Sequence record: SRR20825006_787
Direction: 5' to 3' (one strand)
Length of the DNA stretch: 58,553 nucleotides
A program made the translations under genes and the position numbers. Positions 1-9,265 of this stretch are shown here, piece by piece; position 1 is the first letter of the stretch; each line of letters begins with the position of its first letter. The notes under the pieces are model-generated. The model was not told the origin of the DNA and ran no database searches. It saw only the letters and a program-made list of their open reading frames with translations.

Positions 1-45
1 TCTCCCCCAAAATCACTCCCTGCATCTTCGTCCATCGAGGAAGTC

Positions 46-777
46 GTGACCCGTACCGAATCATACATCGCCATGATGACAGCGCTGATGACCTCGCTTT
101 GCGCGAGCACCGCCTCCGCGCAACCTGGGGAAGAGCTCGAGAAACACCGCGGCGCGGTCGAGCTCAAGTTGGGGGCTTACCAACCCTCGATCGACTCTGA
201 GTTTGGAGGGAATGGTCCCTACACGCGCTTCTTTGGAGAGAGCTCGATGCTCCAGGTCGAGGGGGAGTGGGACCTCTACCTGTTCGAGAAGTTTGGCCAC
301 CACGGGATCGCGCTCCACGCCGGGTTTACGCGCAAGAGCGCGCCGGTCCAGGCGAACTCCGCAGACATCGAAGGAGAGCTCCCCGGTCAGACGACGCTGC
401 GGGTGATTCCCTTGCGCGCGTCGCTACTGACGCGCGTGGACTACTTCGCGCGCCGCTACCGCATCCCGTTGGTGCCCACGCTCAAGCTGGGGGTGGACTA
501 TTACCTCTGGCGCATCGGCGATAGCGGCGGAGATGTGTCGTTGGCCGATGGCACGCTCGGGCGAGGCGGCAAGCTCGGTTGGCACGTGAGCGCGGGCATG
601 AACCTCTTGCTCGACCCGCTCGCGGCGTCGCGCGCAGCGACGATGGAGCGCAAGTGGGGGATCGCCAACACCTACCTCTTTGGCGAATTTCTGCACACGG
701 ACGTCGATGGTTTCGGAGCGCGAGGCTTTGACTTTAGCGACAACCAGTGGCTCTTCGGGTTGGCGGTCGAGTTTTAG
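46..777 (+). CDS. Outer-membrane beta-barrel protein (resembles myxobacterial MXAN_2562-like family)
   Basis: Signal peptide ending ASA-Q, amphipathic strand pattern, C-terminal Phe (GLAVEF). Confidence 0.6.
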   Translation: MTRTESYIAMMTALMTSLCASTASAQPGEELEKHRGAVELKLGAYQPSIDSEFGGNGPYTRFFGESSMLQVEGEWDLYLFEKFGHHGIALHAGFTRKSAPVQANSADIEGELPGQTTLRVIPLRASLLTRVDYFARRYRIPLVPTLKLGVDYYLWRIGDSGGDVSLADGTLGRGGKLGWHVSAGMNLLLDPLAASRAATMERKWGIANTYLFGEFLHTDVDGFGARGFDFSDNQWLFGLAVEF

Positions 778-1598
778 AGCAAAGGATTCGCTCGATCACC
801 TTGCAACCGCTTCTTCATCTGCTTCTGGATAAACCGCACCGACTTCTGCGGCGCGATGCGGCTTGCCATGTTCAAGAGCTTGGAGTCCTTGCCCACGAAG
901 ATATGCAACCTCCCCTTCTCGATCCCATCCACGATATCGCGCGCGGCATCCTCTGCGGGGAGCGGCTCGAGCGACGAATCCTCGGCGTCCTCTGGCACGT
1001 GACCGCCAGCGCCCGAGTTGGTGGTGATGTTTGTGGCGACCGCCCCAGGAAAGACCACAGACACGTCGACGCAGGTCTCCATAAGCTCGGCGTAGAGCCC
1101 TTCGGTCAGCAGCTTCACCGCGGCCTTGCTCGCGCCGTACATCGTCTGCCCAGGAAACGGCATGAAGCCGCCCATGCTCGACACGTTGATCAGATGTGCC
1201 TCCTCGCGCTCCATAAGATGAGGCAAGAAGGCGCGCGTCATATAAATCACCCCGTAGAGGTTGACCTGGAGGACGCGATCGATGACCTCGAAGTCGAGCT
1301 CTGCGAAGGGGACGAACGGCTGGATGATGCCCGCGTTGTTGATCAAGATGTCGACGGCGCCATGCTGCGCGAGGATCTCATCAGGCAAGGCCTCGACGCG
1401 CTCACGATCGGCGATGTTCGCGACATGCAGCGAGAGCTCTGGTGGGTTTCCGTGGAGCTTGGCGGTCTCTTCGAGCCCCTCCTCGCTCAAATCGACCGCC
1501 GCGATGGCGGCACCTCTGGCGAGGAGTTCAGCGACGAGCGCGCGCCCGATCCCACTGCCCGCGCCAGTGACGACGACGACCTTCTTGCTGACTTTCAT
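774..1598 (-). CDS. Short-chain dehydrogenase/reductase (SDR)
   Basis: TGAGSGIG, NNAG, YGASK catalytic motif. Confidence 0.93.
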   Translation of the reverse strand: MKVSKKVVVVTGAGSGIGRALVAELLARGAAIAAVDLSEEGLEETAKLHGNPPELSLHVANIADRERVEALPDEILAQHGAVDILINNAGIIQPFVPFAELDFEVIDRVLQVNLYGVIYMTRAFLPHLMEREEAHLINVSSMGGFMPFPGQTMYGASKAAVKLLTEGLYAELMETCVDVSVVFPGAVATNITTNSGAGGHVPEDAEDSSLEPLPAEDAARDIVDGIEKGRLHIFVGKDSKLLNMASRIAPQKSVRFIQKQMKKRLQGDRANPLL

Positions 1599-1829
1599 GA
1601 CTCCACCTCTTCTTTAGCTTTGCTCGCGCGTTGTCTCGTGCTCGTCGAGGTCTTTAACAAAGACCTCGCACAAGGTTTATGCGCTCGAACAACGAGCGCG
1701 ACCCTGCACAAACGATCTTTGGGACCGCGAGACCAAAACAAAGGACCGATGCCGAACAAGGGTTGGCCATTTTTGGCCACCCCTCGCAACCTCAGCGTTC
1801 ATGCGGGGACGCGAGGGCACCGACGCACT

Positions 1830-2702
1830 TCACTGATTCGACTGCATGTGGCGCAGCCGCTCTGCCACCGTGGAGAGGTACTGACCCGCCACGGACTCGC
1901 GCATGACCTTCCCCATCACGACATAAAGCGAAGAGCTCATGCCTACAGATTCCATCGTGGGCACGAGCCCCGGCGCAGCGTCAGGACCGAGCACGGGGAG
2001 CAAGCCCACGCCAGCGCCCGCGGCGACGAGTTCTCTGGCGGCAGGCGAAGAGTTGACGATATAACGCGGCTCGACCGGTATGGTCCCGCCATCCCAGAGA
2101 GGCCACTCGAACGCTCCGGGGCCTCCGGGCGTTCTCGACGAGATGAGGTTTGCTTTCGAGAGCAGCTCGAGATCATCGCTCCCCGCGAGCGGATGCGCTG
2201 GCGAGACAAAGCAGCGCCAATCGAATTGAAACAACGAGAAGAAGTAGAGATCGCCGTCGACCACGTCGAGCTCGAGCGCGATCGCGAGATCGACGTTGTC
2301 CCTGACGGGGTGAATCGCGCGATCGGTGAACAGAAGCTCGAGGCGCCTGGCGTTAAACCCGACCTGTTCTTCGAGATCCTGCAAGATGGAGAGAAACCGA
2401 ACGTCGAGCCCGATGGGGATCGAAACCCGGATGGTGGCATCTCCCTGGCGTTGGACGCGCTGCTTCAGAAAACGCGTGGCATCGATCAACGATGCCCCCT
2501 CCGAAACCAGGAGCGCTCCGGCGTGTGTGAGGCGCACGTGTTGCGTAGTGTTGTCCACGAGTGGCGTGCCGAGCTCCTCTTCCAGACGCGAGATCATCCT
2601 CCTCAATGTCGTCCTGGGAATCTCGAGCGCGCGACTCGCCGCCGAGTAGCTCTCCTCTTGCTCGAGAATCATCAAGGCCTGAATCGCATCGAGGTCCATC
2701 AT
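1830..2702 (-). CDS. LysR-family transcriptional regulator
   Basis: N-terminal HTH (SYSAASRAL...LEEELG..L), 290 aa, C-terminal AGAGVGLLP. Confidence 0.88.
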   Translation of the reverse strand: MMDLDAIQALMILEQEESYSAASRALEIPRTTLRRMISRLEEELGTPLVDNTTQHVRLTHAGALLVSEGASLIDATRFLKQRVQRQGDATIRVSIPIGLDVRFLSILQDLEEQVGFNARRLELLFTDRAIHPVRDNVDLAIALELDVVDGDLYFFSLFQFDWRCFVSPAHPLAGSDDLELLSKANLISSRTPGGPGAFEWPLWDGGTIPVEPRYIVNSSPAARELVAAGAGVGLLPVLGPDAAPGLVPTMESVGMSSSLYVVMGKVMRESVAGQYLSTVAERLRHMQSNQ

Positions 2703-2897
2703 CGCTGCCGCCTGTTGCTTCGGATCGGGCTTCCAAGAACCGAGGTTCCAAGCCAGTCTACCGCGTCAGCGCACCGAAGGCATCCCCTCGCCAAAGAGCA
2801 TCGAGGCATGCAATCTTTGGGTTTAACGTGCGAGATCCACGCCATCGGTTTAGAGTGAATCGACTCGAAAAGACCCCCTGGAGGAGAACACCAGCGT

Positions 2898-4172
2898 ATG
2901 TTCCTCATCTACTCTGCGCTCTTCGCGTTTACGTTTGGCGCCGTCATCGGAAGCTTCCTCAACGTGGTCATCCACCGCGTTCCCATCGGCGAATCCGTCG
3001 TCACACCTCCGAGCCATTGCCCGACATGCGGCAACGGGATCTCCTGGTATGACAACATCCCGATCCTGTCCTGGGTGATGCTTGGCGGGCAGTGCCGCAA
3101 CTGCAAAACCTCCATCTCGCCACGCTACGCGGCGGTCGAGGGAGTCACGGGCGTGCTCGCCGCGCTGCTCTGGATCAAACTCGTCGGCCCCGCCTACTCC
3201 CGCGTGGATCACTGGGCGATGCTCGACTTCAAGGCGATCCTGATCCCATTCTTCCTCTACTTCGCGTTCGTGGCGGTGTGCATCGCCATCGCGTTTATCG
3301 ATCTGGAGCACCTGATTATCCCGCACGAGCTCGCCATCCCGGGCATCCTCATAGGGATAGGTGCGTCATTCTTACTGGAATCACTCACGAACCCCGTCGC
3401 GCAGATGGAGCAATGGCCCCCGATCACTCCCAGCGTGAGTATCATCGGCGCGGTGCTCGGCGCGCTGAGTGTGATCGTGATCTTTGTCGTTTACTTTGTC
3501 CTACGCGGCGTCGCGGGGATGGGAGGTGGCGACGTCACGTTGATGGCCATGGCTGGAGCATGGCTCGGGTGGCCAGCGATCATCTTTATCTTCTTCGCCG
3601 CCAGCATCCAGGGGCTCATCGCTGTGGGCATCGCCAACCTGTTCGGGATCGATGACTTCCTGCATGACGCCAATGAGATCTTCGATGAAGACGAGGAAGG
3701 TCAGGAAGACGAAGAAGAATCCACCAAGGAACCCGCCGAAGAAGCACCCGCTGGAGAAGATGAAGCCGAGGAAGATTCCCTCGAGGAATCTTCCAGCGAC
3801 GAGGATGACGCCGACGCCACCGCTGACGAAGGCGCTACCACAGATGCCAGCGATGAGGATGACGCTGGCGAAGATGAAGACAGCGAAGACAAAGATGAAG
3901 AAAGCGCCGAGGACGCTGACGAGGAAGTTGGCGAGGCCGACACCTCGGATGAGGACGAGGACAAAGACGACGCTGAAACCGCCAGCGCTGAAGAGGATGA
4001 CTCGGAAGGCAAAGCTGGCAAGACCGTGGTCGAGGTGATCGAGGAAGGCGAAGAAGAGGAAGGCCCGCTGGCCATTCCCTTTGGCCCGTTCATCGTCCTC
4101 GCTGCGCTCGAGCACCTTTACCTCGGGCCATTGCTCCCCGACTCGATCTCGATGGCGTACATGTACTTCTGA
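2898..4172 (+). CDS. pilD: Prepilin peptidase/N-methyltransferase with long acidic insertion
   Basis: GSFLNVVIHRVP, two CxxC (CPTC, CRNC), AFIDLEH, GMGGGD, IPFGPF. Confidence 0.92.
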   Translation: MFLIYSALFAFTFGAVIGSFLNVVIHRVPIGESVVTPPSHCPTCGNGISWYDNIPILSWVMLGGQCRNCKTSISPRYAAVEGVTGVLAALLWIKLVGPAYSRVDHWAMLDFKAILIPFFLYFAFVAVCIAIAFIDLEHLIIPHELAIPGILIGIGASFLLESLTNPVAQMEQWPPITPSVSIIGAVLGALSVIVIFVVYFVLRGVAGMGGGDVTLMAMAGAWLGWPAIIFIFFAASIQGLIAVGIANLFGIDDFLHDANEIFDEDEEGQEDEEESTKEPAEEAPAGEDEAEEDSLEESSSDEDDADATADEGATTDASDEDDAGEDEDSEDKDEESAEDADEEVGEADTSDEDEDKDDAETASAEEDDSEGKAGKTVVEVIEEGEEEEGPLAIPFGPFIVLAALEHLYLGPLLPDSISMAYMYF

Positions 4173-4235
4173 GATCATTTCCCTGAGGGCCGCGGCGCGG
4201 CCCCTCGACACCTTACAGCCGATCACCACGAAGCC

Positions 4236-5753
4236 ATGGCGAGAAAGACTTTTCCTGGGGGTATCCGCGCGCAGCTGCTCGTCCCCGTGTTGATCTTGCT
4301 CGTGGCGACGCTGGCGCTCATCGGCGCGGCGATCCTCCAGATCACCAAGCGCCAGCTGCGCGAGATGACCGAGGTACGCGCGCTCTCACAGGCGCACGTG
4401 CTCGCGAGCGAGATCTCGAGGCTCCCTCCCGAACAACGCAGCGATCTGATGGCCAGACAGCTGGGCTCCACCGGAGTCAACGGGATGGCGTGGCGCGGCG
4501 GGGGTGGCATGACTCTGGTGCACGCCGAGAACAGCGAGATAGAGGCGATGCTCACGCGCGAGGTCACCGCCAAACCAGCCAGGGACACCACGCAGCTTCA
4601 CAAGCTCGAGGAGCGGCTCTACCTGCTCGCAGAGTACCGCAGCACCCAGGCCGGAGAGCGCGCCATGGTCGCCATCGACATGTCCTCGGTTCAGGGGCAA
4701 CTCGATGGCATGCGCGATCTGATCCTGATTTATGCGCTCGTCAACGTGATCTTCCTGACCATCCTGAGCTACGCCCTGTTCACCTACCTCGTGATCAGGC
4801 CACTGCGCGTGATCGGCGTGGCCACCGAGCGCGCCGCGCAAGGCGATCTCGCGAGCCCCATCAAGCTGCTCCCGCGCAACGAGTTCGGGCTCCTCTCCAG
4901 GCAGTTCAACGCGATGCTCCAACAGCTCGAAGCGCAGCGCGAAGAGCTCCAGCTCAAGGTCGAGGCGCTCGAAGACGCCAACCTCGCCATCCACCGCGCG
5001 CAGAACTCATTGATTCGCTCCGAGAAGCTCGCCAGCGTCGGCCAGCTCGCCGCGGGCGTCGCGCACGAGGTCGGGAACCCTCTGGCGGTCGTGCTCGGTT
5101 ATGCCGAGCTGCTCGAGGATGAGGATCTCGACGATGACTTTCGCCGCGAGGTCGCCCCGAAGATCATCCGCCAGGTCGAGCGCATGCGCTCGATCATTCG
5201 CGAGCTCCTCGACTTCAGCCGCGATGACTCCCAGCAAGTCATCAGCCCCGTCGACCTCATCGCGTGCGCGGAAGAGGCGATCAGCCTGGCGAGCACCACC
5301 AAACGCACGCGCTACATCGAAATCATCAACGAGCTCCCCGAGACGATGCCTCGCGTGGGCGCCATTCACTCACAAATCGTCCAGGTCCTGATCAACCTCA
5401 TCCTCAACGCCTCGGATGCCATCCACGAGGCGGGCAAAAGGGATGGAAAGATCACACTGAGCGCGCGACAGGAAGGCTCCAGGATCTTTTTACGCGTCAC
5501 TGACAATGGCCCGGGCATCCCAGAAGAGATCATCTACAAGCTGTTCGATCCCTTCTTCACGACGAAACCCCCTGGTGAAGGAACAGGGCTCGGGCTGGCC
5601 ATCTGCGCGAGGATCATGGAGAACTTCGGAGGAGAACTCCGGCTCGTGTCGGACAACCCCGAGGGGGCATGTTTCGAGCTATGCTTGGCCACACACAAAC
5701 CAGCGGCTATCATCGACCGCGTCGCCAGAATCCACGCACAGGAAGAAGAATGA
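4236..5753 (+). CDS. HAMP-domain sensor histidine kinase (PilS2-like by synteny)
   Basis: Two TM helices, HAMP, AHEVGNP H-box, NLILNA, DNGPG, PFFTTK, GTGLGL; follows pilD as pilS2 does in Myxococcus. Confidence 0.9.
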   Translation: MARKTFPGGIRAQLLVPVLILLVATLALIGAAILQITKRQLREMTEVRALSQAHVLASEISRLPPEQRSDLMARQLGSTGVNGMAWRGGGGMTLVHAENSEIEAMLTREVTAKPARDTTQLHKLEERLYLLAEYRSTQAGERAMVAIDMSSVQGQLDGMRDLILIYALVNVIFLTILSYALFTYLVIRPLRVIGVATERAAQGDLASPIKLLPRNEFGLLSRQFNAMLQQLEAQREELQLKVEALEDANLAIHRAQNSLIRSEKLASVGQLAAGVAHEVGNPLAVVLGYAELLEDEDLDDDFRREVAPKIIRQVERMRSIIRELLDFSRDDSQQVISPVDLIACAEEAISLASTTKRTRYIEIINELPETMPRVGAIHSQIVQVLINLILNASDAIHEAGKRDGKITLSARQEGSRIFLRVTDNGPGIPEEIIYKLFDPFFTTKPPGEGTGLGLAICARIMENFGGELRLVSDNPEGACFELCLATHKPAAIIDRVARIHAQEEE

Positions 5754-7132
5754 GCCCGAGTATCCTGATCATCGATGATGAAGAGGACATCCGTAGCATC
5801 CTCGCCATGCACCTCAAGAAAGAGGGCTACAAGGTGGATGCCTCGCCAAATGGCGAGGAGGGGCTCAAGCGACTGATCGCTCGCGGGCACGATATGGTCA
5901 TCTGTGATGTGCGCATGCCCGTGATGGGAGGGCTCGAGCTGCTCGATGAAATCCGGGAGCGCGAGATCGACACCACCGTGATCGTGATGAGCGCCTTTGG
6001 CAACAAGGAGCTCGCCATCGACGCGATCAAGCGCGGCGCCTACGACTACTTCAACAAGCCGTTCACGCGCGACGAGGTCCTGCTCACGGTCCTCAAAGCC
6101 GAGGAACGCCTCAAGCTCAAGCAAGAGAACGCCGTCCTCAAGGCCGCCACGCAACCCGACCCCTCACACTCGTTCGAAGGAATCATCGGCAAGAGCGAGC
6201 TGATGCAGAAGGTCTATCAGACGATCCGCAAGGTCGCGTCCTCTCGCTCGACGGTGCTGATCGCTGGCGAATCCGGCACAGGCAAGGAGCTCGTCGCGCG
6301 CGCCATTCACAACCTCTCGCCGCAGGCTAACGGCCCCTGGGTCGCCATCAACTGTGGCGCCATCCCCGAAGCGCTCATCGAATCCGAGCTGTTTGGCCAC
6401 AAAAAAGGAGCGTTCACCGACGCGGCTCATGACAAGCGTGGGTTGTTCGAGGAGGCGAGCGGCGGGACGCTATTCCTCGACGAGATCGCCGAGCTCCCCT
6501 TGAACACACAGGTCAAGCTGCTGCGCGCGCTGCAAGAACAAGAGATTCGGCGCGTCGGTGAGAACAAGCCAATAAAGGTCAACGTCCGCATCATCGCAGC
6601 GAGCTTGCACAACCTGTCCGAGCGCGTGCAGGAAGGACTCTTTCGCGAGGACCTCTTCTACCGCCTCAACGTCATCCCGATCGAGCTCCCCCCGTTGCAT
6701 CGACGACGAGATGACATCGAAGCGCTGGTCGATCACTTCATCCACGTCCAAAACGCCAGACAGGGCACGAACATCAAGGGCGTGACCGAGGAAGCGCTCG
6801 AGCTGATGCGCAACTACGCGTGGCCAGGAAACATCCGAGAGCTGCAGAACTGCATCGAACGCGGCGTGGTTTTGACAGGAGGAGACACGATCGATGTCGA
6901 CGTCCTCCCGGAGCGGATCAAGGAGTCCAACGACGAGCTCAAGCAACTGTTCAGCTCCGACGAGCTCTCCATCAAGAAGATGTCCACGATGCTCGAACGC
7001 ATCCTGATCCGGCGCGCGCTCGAGAAGACGCGCGGCAACCGCACCAACGCATCCAAGCTGCTCGAAATCAGCCATCGAGCCTTGCTCTACAAGATCAAGG
7101 ACTACGGCCTCGAAACGGTCGGCATGGATTGA
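5750..7132 (+). CDS. Sigma-54-dependent NtrC-family response regulator (PilR2-like)
   Basis: Receiver (IIDDE, DVRMP), GESGTGKE, GAFTDA, WPGNIRELQN, Fis HTH; ATGA overlap with the kinase stop supports a start at 5750. Confidence 0.93.
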   Translation: MSPSILIIDDEEDIRSILAMHLKKEGYKVDASPNGEEGLKRLIARGHDMVICDVRMPVMGGLELLDEIREREIDTTVIVMSAFGNKELAIDAIKRGAYDYFNKPFTRDEVLLTVLKAEERLKLKQENAVLKAATQPDPSHSFEGIIGKSELMQKVYQTIRKVASSRSTVLIAGESGTGKELVARAIHNLSPQANGPWVAINCGAIPEALIESELFGHKKGAFTDAAHDKRGLFEEASGGTLFLDEIAELPLNTQVKLLRALQEQEIRRVGENKPIKVNVRIIAASLHNLSERVQEGLFREDLFYRLNVIPIELPPLHRRRDDIEALVDHFIHVQNARQGTNIKGVTEEALELMRNYAWPGNIRELQNCIERGVVLTGGDTIDVDVLPERIKESNDELKQLFSSDELSIKKMSTMLERILIRRALEKTRGNRTNASKLLEISHRALLYKIKDYGLETVGMD

Positions 7133-7165
7133 TAATGCTCCCCGCGAGGAAGCGGGGCGGGCAGG

Positions 7166-9085
7166 TCAGGTCAACCTGTGGAGCTTGAAGGCGAACTCTT
7201 TTGTCGGGTAATCGACGTCGAAGAGTTGGTCGTAGATAAAGCCGCCGAAGTTGTAGTTCCCCGGCGCGACATCATCGAAATTACACGAGCGCATGAAGAC
7301 GATGGCGGCCTTGGTCGCGGCATCGATCTCTTCGTGCGTGAGCTTCTCGAGGCGAGCTTCAGCGCTCTTGCGCAGGAAGCGATTGTAGATGTCGAGGAAG
7401 AGCCCGCGCATGGTGTCGACCTCGCCCATCGAGCGGCGATAAATCTCTGGCAAGAAGCGTGTGGTGTCCTCGCCAAAAGCCTCGCGCGTCCAGTTAAAGA
7501 ACGTGTCGAGGAAGCCCTCGAGCCCCGTATCACCGACCGCGCGCAAGACGAAATAGCACGTGCGCAGTTGATTCGTGACGTAGGTGTTGAGCGTATCCGA
7601 GTTGATGTGCGCGCGTGCGCGCTCGACGAGTAGCTCGGGGGTGGGCTCCTTGCCCTCCTGTGGCAAGTAGTAGGGGCGCCAGCGACGAGGCGGGAGGAAC
7701 TTGAGCAGGTTATCCGTCGCGCCATCGAGCGCGGAGCGCTGCCCCACCTGTCGCCAGGACTGCACCTGTTGTGGCTGACGCATGAAGAGGTGGAGCTTGA
7801 TAAAGAGGTTCTTGTCGAGCCAACGCGACAGCTCGAGCAGCTCGGTGTCCCCTTTCGGGATCTTCTCGAGCTGGGTCTTCATCTCGGCGGCGACCGGGTG
7901 ACGGCGACGGATGCCGAGGCGCTGGATCATATCCTCGTAGAAGATGTTGCGATCGTTACGGATGCGCGTGACGCGATCTGTCTGGAAGAGTTGGAGCAGG
8001 ATGCGCGCCTGGGAGAACATCCCCTCGCTGAACTTGCGCTCGACGATGCGAAGCAATTGCTGGGCGCGATCTTCGAAGTCCTCGTTTCCAACGAAATAAC
8101 CCACGAGCAAGTCGCGCGCGAGCATGGTCTCTTCGAGGCCAAGCTGGAGGTCGTAAGGGAGGCGATCGTTCTCGATCAACATCCCCAAAAAGACGCGGCC
8201 AGCCTGAAGCACTTCGCGCTGATCGACGCGGGGGAGGTCATCCTCGCCCTCCGCATCGGAGTCAGGGTTTAGCACGGAGCGATCGAACTCGGCGGTCGGC
8301 TCGATGGGCGTGATCTCCTCGATCAGCTCGGAGTCCTCGTCGAGGAACTCCTCTTCCTCCTCGATCGCCTCGAGGATTTCGCTCTCTTCGACCTGGGATG
8401 CTTCGACCTCCTGGGCCTCGCTCTCCTCTTCTTCCTCGGCGTCGCTGGATTCGATAACTTCGAATTCTTGCGTCTCCTCGGCGACCTCGCCGGGGACAGC
8501 GCCTTCTTCTTCCTCGCCATCGTCAGAGCCGTCAGCTTCATCAGCGTCCGGGACAACCCCCTCTTCTTCTTCCGAGGGGCTCATCGCATCGCGCAAGGCG
8601 GCGGGAGTCTTGTACTCGCGAGTCTTGGAGGTCGACTTCTCCTCGGGAGCGGCATCGAGCGGGATGCTCCCGACCTCTTCAAACTCATCGGTCTCGTCGA
8701 TTGGTTCGGAGTCAGCGACGAGCTGGTCGTCTTCGAGGTCGTGCTCCTGCTCCTGCGACTCCTCGGGCGATGAGCTCGCATCCGGGGCTGCGTCAGGCGC
8801 GACAGGAGGTGTGGGAGGGGGAGGCGGCGGCGCATGCTTTGAAGATGAACGAGGACTATGCTCGTCGATCAACGGTCGACGGATAGTCGGACTCCAGGCG
8901 CCACGCATGGAAATGCGCAAGATCTCAGCGATGACAAGCAGGAGGGGATCGTGCTCCTCGCAGTCATCGAGTTCGGCGATCACCCCTGGCTCGACCTGAG
9001 TCAACAGGAAATCGAGGTAGCTCCCCTCGAACTCCGGCGCTTCCTGGTCGTCGTTCTTGAAGAACTTGAGGAATCGTTTCAACAT
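7166..9085 (-). CDS. Hypothetical protein with Pro-rich and acidic low-complexity region and a helical C-terminal domain
   Basis: Long ORF with native-like composition; start placed at MLKRF (9085), uncertain. Confidence 0.75.
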   Translation of the reverse strand: MLKRFLKFFKNDDQEAPEFEGSYLDFLLTQVEPGVIAELDDCEEHDPLLLVIAEILRISMRGAWSPTIRRPLIDEHSPRSSSKHAPPPPPPTPPVAPDAAPDASSSPEESQEQEHDLEDDQLVADSEPIDETDEFEEVGSIPLDAAPEEKSTSKTREYKTPAALRDAMSPSEEEEGVVPDADEADGSDDGEEEEGAVPGEVAEETQEFEVIESSDAEEEEESEAQEVEASQVEESEILEAIEEEEEFLDEDSELIEEITPIEPTAEFDRSVLNPDSDAEGEDDLPRVDQREVLQAGRVFLGMLIENDRLPYDLQLGLEETMLARDLLVGYFVGNEDFEDRAQQLLRIVERKFSEGMFSQARILLQLFQTDRVTRIRNDRNIFYEDMIQRLGIRRRHPVAAEMKTQLEKIPKGDTELLELSRWLDKNLFIKLHLFMRQPQQVQSWRQVGQRSALDGATDNLLKFLPPRRWRPYYLPQEGKEPTPELLVERARAHINSDTLNTYVTNQLRTCYFVLRAVGDTGLEGFLDTFFNWTREAFGEDTTRFLPEIYRRSMGEVDTMRGLFLDIYNRFLRKSAEARLEKLTHEEIDAATKAAIVFMRSCNFDDVAPGNYNFGGFIYDQLFDVDYPTKEFAFKLHRLT

Positions 9086-9265
9086 CGAGGTGTCCTCAGA
9101 TCGCTCACGAGCAGACGTCATATGTGTGCGCCCAGCCAATGCCACTTCGATCGACCGAGCGTGGCATATGCTTGATTCTTCTTTGTTTAAGCAAGGCGCC
9201 TCACACCGCGTCTGGTGACACTCCCACATTATGCGGGGGTACGCAATGATTTTCCATGCGTCAGA

